Assembly (NCBI GenBank): GCA_965153285.1
Contig: OZ229115.1
From: Podarcis tiliguerta
Lineage: Eukaryota
Reading direction: 5' to 3' (one strand)
DNA: 64,000 nucleotides
Shown: positions 1-12,310 of the stretch, one piece after another
Numbering within the stretch: the stretch's first letter is position 1
How the letters are laid out: each line of letters begins with the position of its first letter
Program-made: the position numbers and the translations under genes
The notes under the pieces: generated by a model
The model's input: only the letters and a program-made list of their open reading frames with translations
The model's database searches: none
Told to the model about the DNA's origin: nothing

Positions 1-540
1 CAAATCCCTCAGCCTAACCCACCCATCTAAGCCAGCCGGCTTGATAGTCTGACTGACAGCCGGGCCGGGCCAATCAGAGCCCGAGCCCGATCTGGAGAGC
101 GGCAGGAGGCAGACCCCGCCGGGCACTTTCCAGGCTTGGTTGGCCGGTGCCCCTCCGCTTTCCCCGCCTCGCCCCCGTGCCGGCCCCCGCCCGCTTCCCG
201 GGAGCTGTCGATGGGGGAATGGTGCTGCACAGGGCTGCGGCTTTGCAGTGCAGGCAGCCGCCGTCCTCGCAGCGTTGCGGAGACTAGGGGGGGCGGGGGG
301 GGTTAGCCGGTGGCTGTATTGGCGAGGCGCTTCCGCCGTGCGTAGGGACTCCTCGGAGGACCCCCGCCCGGCGCTGCTTGTGGGAACGTGGCGAACGGTC
401 TCCGTGATGCATCAGGAGGAGAAGCGCCACCTCTCCCATTGCCATGGGAACTCCTCCCACCACCTCGCTCCTGGCCGGGGGCTGGTTTTGCCTTTAATCC
501 GTCAGCAGGTTCCACCCAAGGACTACGCTGCAGTTTCATC
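1..540. promoter_or_regulatory. CpG island / promoter-like region, probably the 5' region of the divergent neighbour gene (TMCC2 by mammalian synteny)
   Basis: High GC and CpG density; CCAAT at ~71 and ATTGG at ~317; GC boxes; RFX X-box-like ATTGCCATGGGAAC at 438-451. No neighbour-gene coding sequence recognised in the window. Confidence 0.55.
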
Positions 541-3500
541 AACTTGATTTCCTTCCTACTATTATTATTATTATACAATTGCCATTATTACCGTTGTTGT
601 TGTGTCTGTGCCTTTCTGATACGCAGACATCATCGATGTTTTCGATTCCCGAGGACACACAGATTCCAAGTATTTTCTCTTTCTTCCCCCTTTCTTTTCT
701 TCTTCGTCTTTTCCTCCTTTAGGAAAGGATGGAAGGATGCTAAACTTGTTTTTCAGCCTTACACAGGCCTCTAACTCGCACTCTTTCATTTTGTCTGGAG
801 ACTGCCGCTTTCGACATCTCTCTCTTTCTCTGTCAGACTGCGATGTACCAGAATCTGTGCAGAACAGAGACTCGTCCCCCAGACTTTGTCAAAACCACAC
901 AATATTTGGCCTTTGCAAAAGGAAAAAAAGGGGAAATCTTATTTGTACCCTGTGCTCACCCCCACCAACAAGAAGCTCAAGGCAGCATACATGGGTTTCC
1001 TCCCACTAGTGGACAAGGGTGGATATTCCTTTCTTTAAAAGCTGGGCAGTCTGTGATGTATTGTAGCCTCTCTATGATGTACTTCCTACAATCTCCCACT
1101 TTGTCTTTGATCCAGCCTATATAATCCTAAAAGAAAAATGTCATATGCAAAGGAGGCCTAAAATAAGAAAGCAGGTGGCCACTGTCAGCAATATGTGACT
1201 CAGTGTTCTGTCTGTAAGTAACATCCTCTTGGAATTATGTTACCCTTCCATTTGCCTCTTTGTTATTTGACATACATCGGTGTTTGTTGGTGTATATAAT
1301 TTGAAACACAATGATGCTCCATTTGCATATTGTGATACATTTGTAGGACATCAAAGGCCACATCTGAATCCAGTGATGACAGAGGCATTTGCTGCTTCGG
1401 CAACAAAATCCTTGGGTACCAGGCAGTCTTGTTCTGCTCCTAAGAATGATGATAACCTTTGCTGACCCTAAATTTGTGAATTGCTATAACTATAGGTCTG
1501 CCTTTTAAAATGCTCACAAGCTTTGTGGTCCAGGCAGAAAACGGTAGCATGCTATAATCAATAACTTCAGACTATCGTTTGAGGCTGATGATGAGTTCAG
1601 AACAGAAGACCAAGTCTAGTACTCCCACACTATCTTTTTAATCTTGTTTAAGCCCTATGGGCTGCTGTGCTAAACTACACATTCTAGAAAAATGCAATAT
1701 AATTCAGTGAAGTAAGTTTAGAGTAGGTGGCTTGAGAACCACAGCCTTGATTATGTGATGAGCCACTGTGCAGAACTGGGGTGAAGGGCAATTATGATGT
1801 GGCATTGGCAATAAATGTCATTTCCTTGCAGAGTTGTGACCCACCATGGTATGTAATTGCATAATTAGCTGTTCAGGTCACCACACCACTCTAGTGGTTC
1901 AATACTAACGCTACACTGAAAACAGCCATTTTGGCCAAATATGGTATAGTGGCATTTTGACCACTGCAAAGTCAAATGTGTTAGTGCAAACTTACTTATC
2001 CAAGATTTGGAAAAAGAGACATTTATTATAGGATTGTAACCGAAAAATAGCAGGATGGACTTGTCACACTCGCTAATCAAATACAATACATCTATGGCTC
2101 TGCCCAGTGCAGTCACTCTGGCCATCCCTGCATCAGAATGTCTGGCTACCTCTGATCTGTGTATGTGAGGCTTCCACCCTTATTGTAGTTCATACAGGTA
2201 GATAGACTGCTAATATTTTCAGAAGATCCAAACCTTCACCATGAAAACCATTAAATGCTAAATCCATGGGATCCTAGTTCTGTAAATATGTGCATGTATT
2301 TATTTTTATTTATTTTTCAATGGTACTGTGCCATATTGGCTCCACAGAACCAACCACACAAAAAAACCTAGTGCATAAATAATTTAAATCAGACTGCTTT
2401 GAGATAAGCCATTTTAGTCCCGTGAAAGTCATTGAAACAAATTTAATTGGTCTGTGAATGGCCATCACTGTAAAGTGATTCAATCAGGGCTGGTCCCACC
2501 ACACACCGAGGAGAAGCAGGCTGCTTCAGAAGAGAATCAAAAGAGATAAAGGGAGGAATGTCTGGATGGGGTAGCAAAACATTTTGCAATTAAAAGATGT
2601 CTTTTTATTATCATTATTATTTGATTGTATTTGGCTGCCCATCAATATAATTGCCTAGGCAGTGTGCAAAATGCAATATATTAAAATAAAATAATAAAAA
2701 ATATATCAGTAAAAATGACATAAAAGCAGCAGAGACAGAGTAAAACATTTTACAACTCAGTTGGCACAATGACAATGCAATGGAGAATATATTCTTTGGT
2801 GCCTTCACAGCCACTACATAGGCCCAATGATGAGCCCTCACCAGCATTTTGTTGCACTTGACTAGAGTTTTCCTTCACTCACATTTAAGCCATCTTCTAG
2901 CTTGTTTCCTTGTCTAAGCACTGGAGTATATCAGGGAGCAAGTGGGCTCCATGAAGCAGGAGAGGTGCTTAGCAGCGATCATATCAATGGCCTGAGCCAT
3001 CCAAATGTTCCAGCAGTCAGCCAGGGCTTCAGCAGGAGCATCAGTCATATCAGCTGGGAAATTCTCAGCTTATCTTACTTATTCTTCCCCTGAAGTGGAA
3101 GTCCAAGTGCTTTTGGCAGCAATTTGATCAGGGGAAAACTAATTAAGGGCTTCATATCATCCTGTGCCCATAATATGAGGTTTCAGTGCTTTCACATAAA
3201 TTGATTGATTCACTGAGAAAACTGCTTCAACAGACCACAGAATGACCTGTTTCATCCGAAGGAAAGAGCTCTGATGAAAATGAACCGTGATGGATACATA
3301 AGCTCCTCTCATCTTATTTTAAAGCATTTCCTGTTTCTGAGTAGTGCAAGTTATGTCAGCACAGAACAGATGTGTTCTAGTAGGTGGTCTCATTGGCTTG
3401 ACTATTTCTGTAAAGAGTTATTTTTACATGCATAGCTCTAATATAGCTTTATAAGCATATTCATTAGTCTGCATGAAGGCTGAAGCCTTAATGTGCCTGC

Positions 3501-4144
3501 TGCATAATTCACTTTTAAATTTAAGGCATTGAGACAGCAGGGTACTTTACCAGGTTGACAGAGATAACCTCCTATGAAAGGGCCTTGGGGACATTCACTT
3601 CATTAAATTTAATACAAAAGGCTCCTGCTTGGAGCCCTTTAGCATTGATTTTGTTATACAGGAAAAATCTAGGGCAATTGTACAGGCAAGTGTCGATAAT
3701 ACCTGGCCTCCTGTTTTGTTTTGTTTTTCTGGAGTGCTTGACCTCACCTACATCCATGTTTGCCAGTGATAAACTATTTTCATATCCCATAAAACTGATC
3801 TAAGGTGCCCCACTGAGGATTAACTAGTTGTTATTAGTCTAAATGATCAGCTATGGCAAAGAGGTAGGGTGTTATAGAATGTGATTTTACCCTCTCCCAG
3901 CCCTATGACCAAATACATCTGAGGGCAATATCACTCAACAGAACATTCTCTCTCAGATCATGCAGCTGTCCCAGTAGGTAAAACCCATTTAGATCCCTCT
4001 TCTATTCCGGCATACCAATTTTCTTTCAGTCTCCATACATATAAAGATTCAGGGAAGTAGAAAGAAAAGTCACACAGAGAGTGTTTCTTAAGTTTATATT
4101 ATGTAATCATTTGGGAACTGCCAAATTCGTTCCCTATACTGTAG

Positions 4145-4279
4145 CAGGGTTTCCTAAACCTATGTCTCCAGCTGTTTTGGGGCTACAATTCCCATCACCC
4201 TGACCATTGGTCTGGCTAGCTAAGGATGATGGGAGTTGTAGTCCAACAACAGTTGGAGACCCAAGTTTGGGAAACCCTG
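4145..4279. mobile_element. Palindromic hAT (Charlie-like) MITE, ~135 bp
   Basis: Termini CAGGGTTTCCTAAAC / GTTTGGGAAACCCTG; internal arms GCTACAATTCCCATCA / TGATGGGAGTTGTAGT. Confidence 0.75.
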
Positions 4280-4908
4280 TGGGTATGCAAACAATATCCA
4301 GTTGGATTCCTTTCCTCCATGCCATAAATTTAACAGGAGGAACAGATGGGCAAATGAGACACATCTGCCACCAAGAGAGTCTAGGGATTGCAAGCATGTC
4401 TGTTTTCAAGAGGACACGTACCTAAGGAGTCTTAGCTAAACAGCTCCAAACCACGCATGCCCTTGGGTGAAGCACTTTGAGGTCCAAACAAGAGCTCCCA
4501 ATTCAACAGAGAGTTAAGCACTTACCGGTATACAGTGAAATCTTAAGCATACTTACTCGGAGATAAGTCCCTCTGAGTTCAATAAGAATTACTACTAAAT
4601 GTGTTTTGGATTTAAATCTTAAACCAATGGGCCCAAGTGTTCTTAACTTGTGTTGCGTTTTAAATGGTTTTATTCAGTACCTTCATATGATAGCTTTCCA
4701 GACTGAGGCAAAATTCTACCCATTGTCAGCTCTTTAGGTCTCAGAGAGAAAAAATGTGCTTTTAGATTATAATGTAGAGGCTTCACAAACAATATGATAA
4801 AAAGCATTGAACAATAAGTGCCTCTTACTGAGAGTATTTATACCAAGTATCACTAGCTACTTACCGTAAATGGGAACACAAAGGAAACAAAATACTGATA
4901 TTTCTTAA

Positions 4909-5090
4909 AGGCTGTGTACAAACTATACATTCAAAGCACATTCAAAACACATTCTTCCCCTCAAAGAATTCTGGACAGTGTAGTTTACTTCCCACAGAGT
5001 TACAATTCCCAGCCACTCTTAACAAATTACAGAGCGCAGCATGCTTTGAGAGAAACAATGTGCTTTAAAGGTATAGCGTGCCCACAGCCT
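4909..5090. mobile_element. Palindromic MITE, PIF/Harbinger-like
   Basis: AGGCTGTG...CACAGCCT termini, TA-rich flanks, internal inverted arms; related to 12637-12855. Confidence 0.6.
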
Positions 5091-5420
5091 TATTGTCATC
5101 TGCTGGAAGAAGTTCTACTTCCTTTGCCTCTGAGAGCTATCACCATGGTGGATGAATGCTTAAATGGATCGTTCTGTCATAATGAGCATGCACTAATATG
5201 CAGGTCTTTTTCTTCGTTTATTTTTCAACATCTTACCACAGGGATTCCCAGGGGCACAAGAAGCCTGATGCAGGGGATGGGCTGGCCATGAGGAATGGCT
5301 GAAAGGCTGAAAGAAACTACAGCTACAGGTGAGAGCATATGAAGAAGGTAGCAAAAGAAACTTAAGATCAATTATCCTGGGTTTCCAACCAGTCACCAAC
5401 ACATCCAGTAATCCTGGGCT

Positions 5421-5811
5421 AAAGGTACTGCAAAGGTAAAGGACCCCTGACAGTTAAGTCCAGTCGCAGACGACTCTGGGGTTGCGGTGCTCATCTCGCT
5501 TTACAGGCCGAGTGAGCCGGCGTTTGTCCGCAGACAATTTTTCTGGGTCATGTGGCCAGCATGACTAAGCTGCTTCTGGCGTAACGGAACACCGAAACCA
5601 GAGCAGCGCACAGAAACGCAGATTACCTTCCTGCTGGAGTGGTACCTATTTATCTACTTGCACTTTTGGGCATGCTTTTGAACTGCTAGGTTGGCAGGAG
5701 ATGGGACTGAGCAACGGGAGCTCACCCTGTTGCGGGGATTCGAACTACCGACCTTCCGATCGGCAAGCTCAAGATGCTCAGTTGTTTAGAGCACAGGGCC
5801 ACCAGCATCCC
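5421..5811 (-). mobile_element. Sauria SINE, full length
   Basis: Reverse-strand tRNA-derived head with B box (GGATTCGAAC on +), core GGTACCTATTTATCTACTTGCAC, ACCTTT-type tail; near-TSD ATCCTGGGCTA / ATTCTGGGCTA. Confidence 0.9.
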
Positions 5812-6417
5812 ATATTCTGGGCTACTAACCCCTGAACTCACATCAGCCCCTAGTGGTTCTAAACATGTTTACAGAGTGAATCAGAGAACTAGAACAAGCT
5901 GAAAGAAAGTCCACAACCTCTGGCAAGATCATTGTCCAATAGCTTATCTCACTTTCCTCTAGGATTTAGTAAACACCTAAGCAATCTCTGGTTTATCTCT
6001 GGTGTGTGCAGGATGGCAGGGCATCTGCTGCCATAAAGACATCTATTGACGTAAGAAAGGCTCAATGAATTCCATGCCTGTGTAGTCAGTGGTTGTTGTC
6101 TCAGGACGACAACCCTGAAATAACTCTGAGATGACAATGGCTGGATCTTTGTTCTATACATGGCACTTGGAGATTAAGGGCCGGAGACCCAGACCGATCC
6201 TGGCTATGCAAGCTGAGTGTGCTGCAATGGTGAGATGGCAGTTTCCATCTTCTTGCTTAGAAAGAAAATGGGGGGCTTGAACCTCTACAATCCAACAGAA
6301 GAGAAGGACAAAAGTAATAGTGGGTCCCCCTTAAGGCCTTACCGCTTCTGGCTCACATAGTGACCTGGTGAACATGAATACCAAGAAGCTATCATTTCAA
6401 TAAGCAGGATTCAGTAC

Positions 6418-6640
6418 ATCATAAGAATATAATATTTCTGCCAGATCTGACCTAGTGCAGCATGCTTTTCCCAACAGATCCTTCTGGGAAGCCCACACAC
6501 AAGGAACAAAGGCAACAGCTCTTATCCATGGTTTCCACACACCCACTCCTACTATTCAGAGGTATATTGCCTTTGAAACAAAAAAGTGGTTTTTAGATAT
6601 CATAGCTCACAGTTGTGACTAGATCTCTCTTCCGTTAATT
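6418..6640 (-). mobile_element. Old CR1 LINE 3' end fragment
   Basis: CATAAGAA start, GACCTAGTGCAGCAT and TCAGAGGTATATTGCCT motifs typical of reptile CR1 3' ends. Confidence 0.45.
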
Positions 6641-8820
6641 TTCATGTCTTGGGTACAGTGTTGCACCAAACAGCAATATAGATAAATTGGTGATGTACAT
6701 GCTCAGTGCTGGGTTGTATATTCATCCAGTAACCAGCTCCCTGCACAACCTGCTTACAATTTCTTCAACAAGCAAAAAAACAACAACACATCCACAGACG
6801 AAAAGTCCATCTTCTGTTCTTTTAAAAAAGAACTTTTGAGAACACGCCTCTACACATTCAAATGATTCAGTTGGGCATCGTGCACAAGAAGTACATTATG
6901 GTGCATAAAGCTGTGATCCTCCTGAAATCAGTGTGCCTTACTTCTGAGTAAACATACATAGGGTTGGGCTTTGTTTGTGTGAATTGGTTGCAGCATTTGA
7001 GCCAATGAGTTGAGATAATCTTATGACTTATGACTGGGAGAAATAAGACATTGCCTCTAAATTCCCTGCAGGAAATAAGAAAACTTGAGCTGTCACACAA
7101 AAATCCAATTTAATGGTGTGGGTAATTTTTGCACAAATCATCCTTTCAGCTCATGTGAGATCATAATGGCCAAAGGGCACTGAAGGTCATTAAAAAAGGA
7201 GCAGGAATAAAGGAGGTCATTTTTTATTGTATGGGAAATGTGAAGAGCCACATCCTCTACCCAGAAGATGGGTATGTGTCTAGGCAGATAATATTGCTTT
7301 TATAAACCAAATTATCCAGAATGCATATTCACGGGGATCCAAATAGACTCCCTCGGTTTAATAATGTTGCATTTTTTCACAAAGCTTGTCCCAGTGACTG
7401 TGATTAGTTTTACTATTGCTGCTTTTTTAAAGAAAAACACAGAGAAATATGAGGTTCAGTTTATAATAATCTGAATTTGAGCACTAGGATCAGAGGTGAG
7501 ATAAGTGTAATGAATAATGTGTCTTATTGTTTTGTACCATCTCACAATCCTTGCTATGCAAAGCCTGTTCTTCCCTTGACATCCATATTTCTCCTAGAAA
7601 TCAGGAGAAATCTGAATAATCATCGCTGGGAATCACAAGTAGGAAGAATGCTTCTGCACTCAGGATGCTGGATTATACCAGATAAGCCTTCGGTCCAATC
7701 CAGCAAAGCTCTTCTTATGTGATATTTTCCTTTGCATCTACCTTCCCTCCTATATTGTGTTGTGATTTTCATCAAAAATGTGAGAGTGGGGAAGCCTCTT
7801 GGTGCTGTATGTGCATCATGTTTTAATAGTGAAGGCAGTTAGGATTTTTCAAGTTCCATCTTGCAGTTTGTTCCATTTTTCTAGACAGTTGTTGAAATAT
7901 GAACCCAGCTAACTTCCAAATTAGCATGCATTTGGTCAGCAAGATGAGAAACGATCTGGTTTAACTAATATGTAGATTTTTCTTCATTTTTCTTTAAATA
8001 TCAATTTACAAGAAGCATCATGTTCCTAGCTTCAGCCTTTGAAGGGAGAATCAAAGAACTTAAATCATTTGGAGGTTAAATCTGTTTCATCAATCAATCA
8101 AAGTTTATTTGTTTGGCCATTAACTGAAATATAATTAACTAATAAAGGTATACCAGTAAAAAAAAAAAAAGGGGGGGGGAGTTACAACTGGCTTTCATTT
8201 TTACATCCAGTATAAATCAATTTGTCCAGAGAACAAGAATCCAAAAAGGATTAATTTTACCAGATAATCTGTCACATGGATATAAAAATACATTTGCTTT
8301 TTGTTTTTTGTTAACATGGTAAGAAATACAGCTGTTTGTTGTACTACATTTCTGTTTCAAAGTTGTTTTGCAAATCAGAACAATGTCATATAAAGTGACA
8401 TACATGCCGACTTCCAAAAATAAAAGAGTTGAAAAATATGGGATCCTCTTTAGCATTCCCCCCCCCCCCACAAATATAAAGGGGAGAATTGTATGGAATT
8501 TGTCTGCATCTATCATCTAGGACTGCTGAAAGAAATTGCTCTAATTAAACAAAGGAGAGGGTTCCCTTATTAGTCTATGAATTTTGAGAATTATGTTGTG
8601 ATTTGCCATGAATCTATTACTTGTAACTAGAGTTTCTATTTACATTGCAGGACTCTCCAGACATTCAGTTTTATATTTTGAGATAACTGAATGTTTGCAT
8701 TTTCCTTTTCTCATACTTGAAGTGCTTTTTGGATTTTATCCAGGTCTAAATGCAGGAAGTAAGAAATCATTCTGAGAGCTATTCATTACTATAGTAAACT
8801 TTTTATAATAGCTTTTAAGT

Positions 8821-8943
8821 TAAGGTTACCAGATTTTTTTCAATGAATCCGGGGACACTTTTCAACTTCAATGGATTTTGTATGGGGACTGATTTGTAAA
8901 TCTGGGGACTGTCTCTGGGAAACGGGGACGTCTGGTAACCTTA
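8821..8943. mobile_element. hAT (Blackjack-like) MITE
   Basis: Perfect 13-bp TIR TAAGGTTACCAGA / TCTGGTAACCTTA and perfect 8-bp TSD TTTTAAGT (8813-8820, 8944-8951). Confidence 0.85.
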
Positions 8944-9228
8944 TTTTAAGTAGCTTTCCAAAATGTTTCAGATAATTAATAATATGAATTATCAAGTAGA
9001 GCAACGAAATTATTTAAGGACTACAAGTAAGAATTCCCTGTAATTGGTGAGGCTCAGTTTGTTACAGAAAACTCTTCTCCGGTTGATCCCTAATAATAAG
9101 CTTTAAAATGTAAGAAGTATTTTGCTGTAAGAACTTTGGAGATAGAATAGAACATTCAAGCCCACCACATTACACAGATCCCCAGGCAAACAGAAAAATA
9201 ACTCTCCACATTAAATGAAGGTTAATAT

Positions 9229-10020
9229 TGTTATGAGTTTGGGCAGGGGTCAGTTTGGATAGAACCCTGGGTCCTCTTCCAGAACTGACGATCCTGTATC
9301 TGTGAGGATTGACTGGATAAGGAGAAACTTTCCAAGCCAGTTCCTTTGTCAAGGTAATGGCGTTGGCTGGCCAGTTAAGTACCACAATTTAACCTAACCA
9401 AATAAGTTGCTCTGTGCCACAGAACAGATGGGTAGGCCTTCCCCAACCCCTCACCTAGCTGCTATGTAGGTGTGTGCAAAAGAGCAAGAGCTCAAAGGCT
9501 GAATGCCAGGAGATGCAGACAGATGTATTTTGGCTGTGCTGGATTCAAAACTTCAAAATATCTTTTATGTTGTTAAGGCTGTGAGCCCTTCCATCGCATG
9601 GTCAAGTTGTATATATGTGTAAATAAAACCACCAGTCTCTGCTGTCCTTCATTCCAAGAAAATCAGTCCACACTTATCTTTGCTCTACTTTTCTAGGCTC
9701 AGGTCTGTACTTTAAAGCTCCCTGTCTGACTGTTGTGTTTGTTTTTTGCCCTGACTTTCCTCCCCACGAAAACCCACTCTTTACTGCTGAATCAGAACAA
9801 ACAGCTATCCACGGAAACCCCGAATTGCACTTTGTTTCAATTTAGTGTTAAAGAGCTGGTTTTCCTGGGTACAGTGGCGGGGGTGGGAAGTGCTCAGACA
9901 TTGGGAAAATGTGGACCTGTGCCTAGAAATATGGGGCCAAAGGTAAGTGTGAATGAGCCCCAAGTGTTGGAAGAAACCCTGGAGTCTCTTACCACTTGGA
10001 TATTGGGGTGGTATGTAACA
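9229..10020 (+). mobile_element. Probable solo LTR (Gypsy-like)
   Basis: TGTTA...TAACA termini, internal AATAAA at ~9621, flanks ATAT / ACAT (3 of 4 TSD match). Confidence 0.45.
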
Positions 10021-10027
10021 ACATAGC

Positions 10028-10148
10028 AAAACATTAAACCTTAAAAAGCTTGCCTATACAGAGCTGTCTTCAGATGTCTCCTAAAGGTTATATAGTTACT
10101 CATCTCCTTGACATCTGATGGGAGGGCACTCCACAGGGCGGGTGCCAT
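10028..10148 (-). mobile_element. L2 LINE 3' fragment
   Basis: CATCTGATGGGAGGGCACTCCACAGGGCGGGTGCCA resembles the squamate L2 3' region. Confidence 0.55.
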
Positions 10149-10449
10149 TAGGTCCAGTCATGACCAACTCTGGGGTTGCGGCGCTCATCTTGCTTTATTG
10201 GTCGAGGGAGCTGGCGTACAGCTTCCGGTTCATGTGGCCAGCATGACTAAGCCACTTCTGGCTGTTTACCTTCCCGCCGGAGCGGTACCTATTTATCTAC
10301 TTGCACTTTGACGTGCTTTCGAACTGCTAGGTGGGCAGGAGCTGGGACCGAGCAACAGGAGCTCACCCCGTCACGGAGATTCGAACCGCTGACCTTCTCA
10401 TTGGCAAGTCCTAGGCTCTGTGGTTTAACCCACAGCGCCACCCACGCCC
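10146..10449 (-). mobile_element. Sauria SINE lacking tail, with internal deletion
   Basis: Clear similarity to 5421-5811 (CATGTGGCCAGCATGACTAAGC, GGTACCTATTTATCTACTTGCAC, head CACAGCGCCACCC). Confidence 0.88.
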
Positions 10450-10784
10450 ATCCATGGGCAGGTAGTGTCTCAATATAAACGGGCTCATCCTTACAATGAC
10501 AACTTCAGAAGACAAGTCGTATTAAGTCTGTTGCAGCAAAAGATGAAAGAGCCCACAAAAGCTCATGTCACAACAAATATGTTATTCTTCAAGATGTCAC
10601 AAGATGTCTTGTTTCTCTTTCTAGGAGCAACTCTAAAGGGAAGGAGGTTACTGCTGCAATCCTAATATTGCATACCTGGGCGTAAACTCCTTTGAATTCA
10701 GTAGGATATACTTTCAAGCAATTATGGTTAGCTTTGCTCTGCACGGAAAGGTTTGTTCTCCTCATGGAGGCAAATTCCTTTGAT

Positions 10785-11020
10785 CATGGGTAGGCAAACT
10801 AAGGCCCAGGGGCTGGATCTGGCCCAATTGTCTTCTAAATCCTGTCCGTAGACGGTCCAGGAATCTGTGTGCTTTTACATGAGTGGAATGTGTCCTTTTA
10901 TTTAAAATGCATCTCTGGGTTATTTGTGGGGCATAGGAATTTTTCATTCTTTCCCCCAGAAATATAGTCCGCGATATAGTCTGAGACCGGTCCCCTGCTG
11001 AAAAAGTTTGCTGACCCCTG
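10785..11020. mobile_element. Non-autonomous hAT-Charlie-like element
   Basis: TIRs CATGGGTAGGCAAACT / AGTTTGCTGACCCCTG. Confidence 0.75.
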
Positions 11021-11215
11021 GTCTTAGATTGTAGGTTTGTTTGTTTTTTTAACATTTACTGTGACAAGCGAAGTGTTTCTAAAATAACCCTAAAGCAGTA
11101 TCTTGTGGCTTCAAACGTTACTTTTTCAACATTCCTATTCAGTCTCTCCCCCCCCCCCCCATATATGCCATTTGCATTTAATTGGAGGCATTGCCAACCC
11201 TGCAAGCCCACCGTC

Positions 11216-11530
11216 CGGAGTGGATTTAGGTTTGATGGGGCCCTAAGCTACTGAAGGTAATGGGGCCCTTTATATGTCCAGCAGTCCTTTGTCAACAAAT
11301 TGTCCCCTTTTTGTGTTGAATATATGGTAATTTATGGACCTAATAGGTATCTAAAGCCATTTGACACTGTTGCTGTATGCAGGTTTTATTTTATTTGTTA
11401 TTTATCTTATATTTTGGAAATGTACATCCAGATTCCCCCCCCCCCCCTTTTTTTATTCTCCCCGCACCTGGAGAGTGGGGCCCTAAGCTATACTTGTAGC
11501 TTGTTTAGTTTATACGTAAATCCGGCACTG
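11216..11530. mobile_element. Non-autonomous hAT (Tip100-like) element directly upstream of the DSTYK promoter
   Basis: GGATTTA...TAAATCCGGCACTG termini; repeated GGGGCCCTAAGCTA subterminal motif. Confidence 0.65.
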
Positions 11531-11559
11531 GTCCTTTGACTTGCAAACTGAAGTAGGGA

Positions 11560-12310
11560 GTCTCCCGGCAGAAGACTACAAATCCCAGAGTGCCTTTCGG
11601 AAAGGCCCTCACTCGCCCTCTCCCCGCCCTCCAAGAGGGTGCAGTTCCGCTACTCCGCTACAAGAGGGAAGCGGCGACTACATTCCCCACAGTGCAAGGC
11701 GAGCCAGCGCGCGGAATGGGGTCCGCCCCCGGCCGCCGCCGCCGCCTCCCCGCCAGAGCGCCCGGATAAAGGTTCCGTTCCGTGCGCAGTGCGGCTCGGT
11801 GCGACGCTGCTGGCAGAGGAGGAGGCCGAGCCCGTGGCCCAGGCGGCGCCAGAACAGCCTGGCATCCCCCGAGTCGCCGCCGTGGTGGGGGGAGAGCTCT
11901 GAGGCGGACGCCGCCGCGGGCGAGATGTCGGGGGGAACGGGAGGCCCCTCGACCCGGGGCTCCGGCGGCGGCGGCGGCGGAGGGTTGAGCCGCGAGCTGT
12001 GCCGCGCCTTCGGCCATTACAACCGGCACCTGGCGCGGCTGCAGCACAACCTGCGCGAGACGAAGAAGTTCTTCCGCGACATCAAGTACTCCCAGGGCCC
12101 CGGCGCTGCCTCTGCTGCCGCCGCCGCTACCCCTGGGCCGGCCGGGGAGGAGCTGCGGCCTCAGCAGGAGCAGCCCTCCCCCGATGTCTGTGCCCCGGTT
12201 GGTGAGGGTCCCTCGCTGCAGGCCGGTAAGGAGCTCGGGAGAGGAGTAGGGCGGGGGCGTATCGGGGGAACCGGGCGGGTCGGTGCGGAGGGAGGAGGAG
12301 CTTCCGCATT
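11560..12310 (+). promoter_or_regulatory. DSTYK CpG-island promoter with two ZNF143/THAP11-type ACTACAnnTCCCA motifs
   Basis: Dense CpG; ACTACAAATCCCAGAGTGCCT 11575-11595; ACTACATTCCCCACAGTGCA 11677-11696; GC boxes. Confidence 0.8.
11925..12225 (+). CDS. DSTYK: DSTYK coding exon 1
   Basis: [42 protein letters not shown]; donor CCG|GTAAGG. Confidence 0.9.

Noticed and set aside
27-774. ORFs in the left CpG island as TMCC2 or a novel peptide
   Set aside because: No translation resembles the TMCC2 N-terminus I recall; low-complexity GC-driven ORFs.
1372-1466. C/D box snoRNA (GTGATGA...CTGA)
   Set aside because: No terminal stem, no clear D' box or recognisable rRNA guide, and apparently intergenic.
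3270-3295. Hammerhead core CTGATGA (also CTGAAGA at ~45530 and TCATCAG at ~26634)
   Set aside because: No stem II plus GAAA plus stem III arrangement.
8158-8179. A/G/C homopolymer runs (also ~11148, 20925, 40363, 41224, 51873) as G-quadruplex elements
   Set aside because: Common slippage tracts in lizard genomes; lengths are unreliable in assemblies.
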